Of a DNA stretch of 32,000 bases, positions 27,003 through 32,000 are shown piece by piece. Each line of letters opens with the position of its first letter. Position 1 is the stretch's first letter. The notes under the pieces are model-generated. The model made no database searches. It saw only the letters and a list, made by a program, of their open reading frames with translations, and had not been told where the DNA came from. The position numbers and the translations under genes are program-made. The stretch is from Zymomonas mobilis subsp. mobilis ATCC 10988 (GTDB lineage Bacteria; Pseudomonadota; Alphaproteobacteria; Sphingomonadales; Sphingomonadaceae): the NCBI RefSeq assembly GCF_000175255.2, contig NC_017262.1, forward strand, positions 1,620,001-1,652,000. Direction: 5' to 3'.

Positions 27003-29411
27003 ATGGCAACAGGCATCATTTCCGAAATAACCGGATCGGAATGGCAAGCAAAGATGCGTTATTTTGTGACGCGCTCTGCCTGCTTTATTGTGGCTGTTGC
27101 TTTATTTGCCAGCACTGTTTTTCTTTTTGCGGCCTTGATGGGCTATAATTCAACTGATCCTGCTTTTAATACAGCGGCGGCGGGGCCTGCCCGTAATATT
27201 ACTGGTGATATTGGGGCATGGTTTTCGGATTTCTTATTAAGTTTTATCGGATTGCCGGTGTTGTTGGTTTTACCGCCGATGTTGGTCACCGCTTTCCGTC
27301 TGTGGCGGCATGTGCAGCAAGAACGCCCTTTCCGTCATTTGGCATTGATGATTCTGGGGGTAATGCTGGTATCAGCCGCCGCCGGTTTGATGAGTGATAG
27401 CCAAAGTGGCCTGCCTGCCGGATGGGGTGGCGGCGTTGGTCTGTTGAGCAATGCGATCATTCACAAAATACAGTCATTTTTTTCTCCAGCGGTCTCATCG
27501 GCTATCCATGCCGTTTCTTTTTGCCTTTTCCTTGTGGGGGGCGGCGCACTCTGGCTATGGGGACTGGGTTTTGATGCCTATGAAAAGGCGGTTTTAAACC
27601 GGATTTTCTCCCGCTTGCGCTTTTCTTCGAGAAAAAGCGAAAAGCAAAAAACTGCGGCAAAAAGTAGCCAACCCGTTTCCTCTAGTCGCGTGGTAACCAG
27701 AGAAAATACGGTTTCTCCGGCGGTTGAAAATCCAAATGACGAACCAATGACTTCTGTTGAAGAGGTCGAGGTATTAGACGTCCTCGAAGAGGATATTGTC
27801 GAAAAATCGGAATCTCGCCCAATCATCACAACTTATTCGCCCAAGATAGATTCCAGCGATCCTGCCAAAAGAAAGACCGTTCACGAACAAACCAATTACG
27901 CTTTGCCGTCGATCGACTTTTTGCAAGAAATCGCGGCATATGCCGTCCATGCGGTCGATCATGATGCCTTGGAACGGAATGCACGGCTATTGGAAACCGT
28001 GCTTCAGGATTTCCATGTCCGTGGTCAGATTGTCGAAATTCGCCCCGGACCTGTCGTGACCATGTATGAATTGGAACCGGATGCCGGTATTAAAGCCAGT
28101 CGCGTTATTGCCTTGGCCGATGATATTGCCCGTTATATGTCCGCAGAATCGGCACGTATCGCGGTTATTCCGGGACGAACGGTTATCGGTATTGAATTGC
28201 CTAATCCTAAAAGAGACATGGTCTCTTTGCGGGAATTGGTCGGCTCCGAAGTCTATGATAACCAACAAGGCTCCTTACCCCTTATTCTCGGTAAAAATAT
28301 TGCCGGTGATCCGGTTATTACCGATCTTGCACCTATGCCCCATTTGTTGGTCGCTGGTACCACGGGTTCCGGTAAATCGGTCGGTATCAACTGCATGATT
28401 TTATCGCTGTTATACCGTCTTACCCCCGACCAATGCCGGATGATTATGATCGATCCAAAGATGCTGGAATTGTCGATCTATGACGGTATTCCTCATCTGC
28501 TTTCCCCTGTTGTGACCGAACCTGCAAAAGCCGTTCGGGCATTGAAATGGGCGGTTGAACAAATGGAAGAACGCTATCGCATGATGGCTTCTGCTGGCGT
28601 TCGTGGCCTTGCCGGTTTTAACCAGAAGGTAAAAGAAGCGCAGGCACGGGGCGAACCGCTTAGCCGCAAGGTTCAAACCGGATATGACAAGGTCAGCGGT
28701 CAGCCGATTTACGAAGATGAGACCTTGGAATATGAGCCTTTGCCTCAAATCGTGATCGTGGTCGATGAATTAGCCGATTTGATGATGACCGCCGGTAAAG
28801 AAGTTGAATATCTTATCCAGCGCTTGGCACAAAAAGCCCGTGCTGCCGGTATTCATCTTATTATGGCAACCCAGCGACCTTCTGTTGATGTTATTACGGG
28901 GGTTATCAAGGCCAACTTGCCGACCCGTATCAGTTTTCAGGTAACGTCAAAAATCGACTCTCGCACCATCTTGGGCGAGCAGGGGGCAGAACAGCTTTTG
29001 GGCAAGGGTGATATGCTTTATATGCCCGGCGGCAAACAGGTTCTGCGTGTTCACGGGCCTTTTGTCAGCGATGGCGAGGTTCAGGCAGTTGCTGACCATT
29101 GGCGCGAGCAAGGCACGCCTGACTATATTTCATCCGTTACGGAAGAACCGGCTGATGGCGGCTATAAGCTTGAAGGCCAGCCAGACGGCGATCATGATCC
29201 AGAAACAAAACGCTATCGTGATGCGGTTCAGCTTGTGGTTGAAAGCCGGAAAGCCTCGACCAGTTGGCTGCAACGGCAATTACGGGTCGGCTATAACAAT
29301 GCCGCCCGCCTGATTGAACGGATGGAAAAAGAAGGCATTGTTTCGGCGGCCGATCATGTCGGTCGTCGGGAGGTGTTGATTCAGGCGGATGAACTGGTTT
29401 CATTGCTGTAA
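27003..29411 (+). CDS. ftsK: DNA translocase FtsK
   Basis: N-terminal transmembrane segments, linker, motor domain (Walker A GTTGSGKS, Walker B VVDELADLM) and gamma winged-helix domain (STSWLQRQLRVGYNNAARLIERMEKEGIV). The start is ambiguous between the ATG at 27003 and the TTG at 26976. Confidence 0.92.
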   Translation: MATGIISEITGSEWQAKMRYFVTRSACFIVAVALFASTVFLFAALMGYNSTDPAFNTAAAGPARNITGDIGAWFSDFLLSFIGLPVLLVLPPMLVTAFRLWRHVQQERPFRHLALMILGVMLVSAAAGLMSDSQSGLPAGWGGGVGLLSNAIIHKIQSFFSPAVSSAIHAVSFCLFLVGGGALWLWGLGFDAYEKAVLNRIFSRLRFSSRKSEKQKTAAKSSQPVSSSRVVTRENTVSPAVENPNDEPMTSVEEVEVLDVLEEDIVEKSESRPIITTYSPKIDSSDPAKRKTVHEQTNYALPSIDFLQEIAAYAVHAVDHDALERNARLLETVLQDFHVRGQIVEIRPGPVVTMYELEPDAGIKASRVIALADDIARYMSAESARIAVIPGRTVIGIELPNPKRDMVSLRELVGSEVYDNQQGSLPLILGKNIAGDPVITDLAPMPHLLVAGTTGSGKSVGINCMILSLLYRLTPDQCRMIMIDPKMLELSIYDGIPHLLSPVVTEPAKAVRALKWAVEQMEERYRMMASAGVRGLAGFNQKVKEAQARGEPLSRKVQTGYDKVSGQPIYEDETLEYEPLPQIVIVVDELADLMMTAGKEVEYLIQRLAQKARAAGIHLIMATQRPSVDVITGVIKANLPTRISFQVTSKIDSRTILGEQGAEQLLGKGDMLYMPGGKQVLRVHGPFVSDGEVQAVADHWREQGTPDYISSVTEEPADGGYKLEGQPDGDHDPETKRYRDAVQLVVESRKASTSWLQRQLRVGYNNAARLIERMEKEGIVSAADHVGRREVLIQADELVSLL

Positions 29412-29509
29412 TCAATTAACCTTCAGTTCACCTGAATTCTGCTCATGAACGAAAAATATAAAGTGTTTAACCCGCTATCCGCCTTTTATTGGTGAAGGAT
29501 TATTCAAAC

Positions 29510-30178
29510 GTGGAAGATTTCATTCTGGCAAAATCAAAACGCTGTTTTTGTAAGGCTGTGGCTGCCGCGTTTCTATCGACAGGTCTCTGTCTGTCCGCTT
29601 TTCCGGCAATAGCGGCTCCGGCTAGTGATGCCTCTTCCACAGTTTTTCCTCAGATACAAAAACATCTGCGGGAAGTCTCAACGATGACCGCCCATTTCGT
29701 TCAGGTCGATCGAAATGGTCAGGCTTTGGATGGCAGTTTGACCTTAAAAAAACCGGGTTTAATCCGTTTCCAATATCAAAAAGATGTGCCTTTGCTGGTG
29801 GTTGGGGATGGCAAAGCCTTGGTGATGATAGATTATTCAGTGAGACAGGTTTCTCGCTGGCCGATCGGGGACTCGCCCCTTTCTATCCTGATTGATCCTT
29901 CCAAAGATATCGCAAGCTATGCAACTTTGACCTCGGATGATGGCAAAAATATTGTCATCACCGGACATGATCCGAAGCATCCCGATTTTGGCACGATCGC
30001 TATCAATTTTCAGCGGGACAAATCTGCCCCCGCGCAGTTAATGCTGATGGGATGGACGGTTATTGATGCCCAGAATAACCGATCTCAAATCATTCTGTCC
30101 GAGCAGAAATTTAATCAGCCGGTTTCAAACAATATGTTCCGCTGGAATGACCCGCGCGGTAATAATGGCCCTCGTTAA
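29510..30178 (+). CDS. lolA: Outer-membrane lipoprotein carrier protein LolA
   Basis: Signal peptide (AAAFLSTGLCLSAFPAIAAPAS) and LolA-like LTLKKPGLIRFQYQKDVPLLVVGDGKALVMIDY. I prefer the GTG at 29510, which has GAAGGA upstream, to the TTG at 29489. The ftsK-lolA order is conserved. Confidence 0.8.
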   Translation: MEDFILAKSKRCFCKAVAAAFLSTGLCLSAFPAIAAPASDASSTVFPQIQKHLREVSTMTAHFVQVDRNGQALDGSLTLKKPGLIRFQYQKDVPLLVVGDGKALVMIDYSVRQVSRWPIGDSPLSILIDPSKDIASYATLTSDDGKNIVITGHDPKHPDFGTIAINFQRDKSAPAQLMLMGWTVIDAQNNRSQIILSEQKFNQPVSNNMFRWNDPRGNNGPR

Positions 30179-30183
30179 GGGGG

Positions 30184-30612
30184 CTATCTTTTAAAGAGAA
30201 AAGAATAGGTTCTCCGAATATCATTTCTGATTTTGGATAGGCCGTTTACGACCGCATTGACGGGGGCTGAAATAAGGCCTTTTCTGTGCTGATTAACAAC
30301 GGGTTTCATCGCGTAGTTTTCCTGTATCCTGTCAGAATGAACCGTTTGGGGCACCAATTGAAAATCCCTGAACAAGAAAGCATGTAACTTGTCTTTCAGG
30401 ATTTTAAATTCCCTGTTGTTTTCAAGATCAAAGAAATTACCGAAATGGCCATATAATTTTTTAATATTGTGGCGGGTATGATTGGGCTCTTTCTCAATTT
30501 TATTGGCCAGATGATAAAGAATTCTACCCCGACAATAGTCTTTATTCTCGATAAGAATATCGACCATATTCAAAAGTATATTTTTTATTTCGGTCGTGGT
30601 TTTTATTTTCAT
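30184..30612 (-). CDS. Orphan hypothetical protein, AT-rich, no family recognised
   Basis: 142 codons. GGGA lies 5-6 nt upstream of the ATG. The predicted sequence looks helical and is rich in Lys, Asn and Ile. The 5' two-thirds is visibly much more AT-rich than neighbouring genes. It ends 5 bp from the lolA stop, convergent with it. Confidence 0.5.
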   Translation of the reverse strand: MKIKTTTEIKNILLNMVDILIENKDYCRGRILYHLANKIEKEPNHTRHNIKKLYGHFGNFFDLENNREFKILKDKLHAFLFRDFQLVPQTVHSDRIQENYAMKPVVNQHRKGLISAPVNAVVNGLSKIRNDIRRTYSFLFKR

Positions 30613-31085
30613 ATTTTTCCCATTTATTTTTTATCCATAAAAATATTCATGTTTTTATTTAAAAATAAACATTATTTTTCAAATAGTAAAAATATAATAA
30701 AATTATTTCATTTTCGTTTATTTTTTAAAAATAAATATATTTAATATGAAAATTGACCATCCTCAAACCCTGTTCTTGTATTTTGCCACTTTTAATACAT
30801 GAATCCAAGCCTCTTTATTAGTTTATTAAAACTTGTCTGTGATTATTTATATTTTTGAAATTAGAAATCTTATTTCAAGATATTTTTATATTATTTTTGC
30901 GTAAAAATTTAAAGGACATATATTAACGGCAAATTTGCTACAAATTTAAATAAAAAAATGTATTTTATTCATCTTAGTGACAGCTTCAAAGGTGTAATGA
31001 TTTTTTCGTGGCTAAATATGCTGGCAGAATTTTCCCCCCTGTTGTCTGTCAGCTCAAGCCATCTCGCGTGACCAAATATAGGTCA

Positions 31086-31123
31086 GCCCTCGCTTCACGC
31101 CCCCGAAGCGAGGGCCTTTTTTT
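31086..31123 (+). terminator. Strong orphan Rho-independent terminator (no annotated upstream gene)
   Basis: Perfect 11-bp GC-rich stem gccctcgcttc / gaagcgagggc with an 8-nt loop, then C followed by T7. It lies about 145 bp upstream of xthA. Confidence 0.8.
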
Positions 31124-31268
31124 ATCTTGTTAACAGGGATGTCTGAATATCCGCTTGCTAGGCAGGTATTTCCTATGCTTAACTCATGACCTTTTTAGCT
31201 AGATACTTGCAGGGAAAGGCCATTTTCTCCGTAAAATGGTATTCTTGCGGGTTGTTTATCGGTCATAA

Positions 31269-32000
31269 ATGGCAGGAAATATTTTGCGTATTGTCTCATG
31301 GAATATCAATTCAGTGCGCGCCCGATTGGCGCATGTTGAACGTTTCTTAAAAGAAGAGCAGCCGGATATTCTCTGTTTGCAAGAAACCAAGGCTACAAAC
31401 GGCGTTTTCCCTTCCCGTTTTTTCTATGATCTTGGCTATATTCATCAGGCTGTCCACGGTCAGCCCGGTTATAATGGCGTTGCCATTCTCAGCCGAATTG
31501 CTTTTTCTCCCGCAGAAATTACCAGCCATGATTGGCAAAATAATCAGGAAGCCCGCCATATCGGCATTACCTTGGAAAACGGGGTGCGGCTGGAAAATGT
31601 CTATATTCCGGCAGGGGGTGATATCCCTGATCGCGATCTTAACCCTAAATTCGGCCAGAAGCTCGATTTTATCAGCCGAATGATTGAATGGTCATCGCAT
31701 TTGGAACAGCCGACTATTCTGGTTGGGGATTTTAATATTGCTCCGCTGGAATCCGATGTCTGGAGCCATAAACAGCTTTTAAAAGTCGTCAGCCATACCC
31801 CGATAGAAGTCGATCATCTTTCTCGCCTGCAAGCCAGTCACAACTGGATTGATCTGGGTCGTCATTTTTATCCAGCACCGGAACGCTTATATACATGGTG
31901 GAGCTATCGCTCGAAAGACTGGACAAAGTCGGATCGGGGGCGACGTCTCGATCACATGTGGGCAAGTCCCAGCCTCGTCGATCATTTGGTCGGTCACAAG
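31269..32000 (+). CDS. xthA: Exodeoxyribonuclease III; C-terminus lies beyond the window edge
   Basis: I translated 244 codons to the window edge with no stop; the ORF is absent from the track. LRIVSWNINSVRARL, DILCLQETK, VGDFNIAP and RLDHMW are ExoIII/AP-endonuclease motifs. Confidence 0.9.
   Translation, partial: MAGNILRIVSWNINSVRARLAHVERFLKEEQPDILCLQETKATNGVFPSRFFYDLGYIHQAVHGQPGYNGVAILSRIAFSPAEITSHDWQNNQEARHIGITLENGVRLENVYIPAGGDIPDRDLNPKFGQKLDFISRMIEWSSHLEQPTILVGDFNIAPLESDVWSHKQLLKVVSHTPIEVDHLSRLQASHNWIDLGRHFYPAPERLYTWWSYRSKDWTKSDRGRRLDHMWASPSLVDHLVGHK

Noticed and set aside
30511-30531. RGRILYH in the orphan protein, which fits the loose HEPN Rx4-6H pattern
   Set aside because: A single short pattern match like this is common by chance. 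It lacks the usual polar residue after Arg, and there is no supporting domain context. It is not evidence for a HEPN RNase.
30469-30744. 91-codon plus-strand ORF antisense to the 5' end of the orphan gene and extending into its promoter region
   Set aside because: The product is a Phe/Ile/Lys-rich translation of AT-rich DNA with no ribosome-binding site. The minus-strand ORF looks more like protein. An ORF this long in such AT-rich DNA is unusual, so I cannot fully exclude it.

Overview
The window is mostly core alphaproteobacterial chromosome. I recognise the ROK fructokinase sequence (MKNDKKIYGCIEGGGTKF...) as Zymomonas mobilis Frk, and the genes of moderate GC content separated by very AT-rich spacers fit that organism; this is from memory and was not checked against a database. 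Genes in order: a TagF-like transferase (cut by the window edge), oxyR divergent from ahpC, cysE with a DUF2794-like gene, an intact IS5-family insertion sequence, a secreted hypothetical, an AlaC-like aminotransferase, clpS, murA, a small membrane protein with pgeF, adhC with a VOC-family gene, rpoZ, frk, a periplasmic hypothetical divergent from tonB-exbB-exbD-exbD, rpsU, an FKBP isomerase, a minus-strand run pyrE-pdxJ-acpS-lepB-AI-2E transporter, a CnoX-like thioredoxin/TPR gene overlapping a Lon N-domain gene, a UbiH-family hydroxylase, ftsK-lolA, an AT-rich islet, and xthA (cut by the window edge). The ORF track misses three real coding segments: the two edge-truncated genes (1..1026 minus, 31269..32000 plus) and the frameshifted second half of the IS transposase. 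I also moved several track starts to better-supported internal starts. I found no convincing new multi-gene system, CRISPR array, tRNA or rRNA. The leads most worth a second look are: (1) the roughly 1.1 kb AT-rich islet between lolA and xthA, which holds an orphan 142-codon ORF and a strong orphan terminator with a 24-codon sORF that may mark an sRNA; (2) the IS sitting exactly on the stop codon of the DUF2794-like gene; (3) a non-AT-rich leader of about 200 nt upstream of tonB; (4) the 707 bp non-coding stretch upstream of frk, with a perfect 20 bp palindrome and phased AAATATTT palindromes; (5) several conserved-unknown genes coupled to known ones. All family assignments rest on motif recognition by eye; no searches or folding calculations were run.
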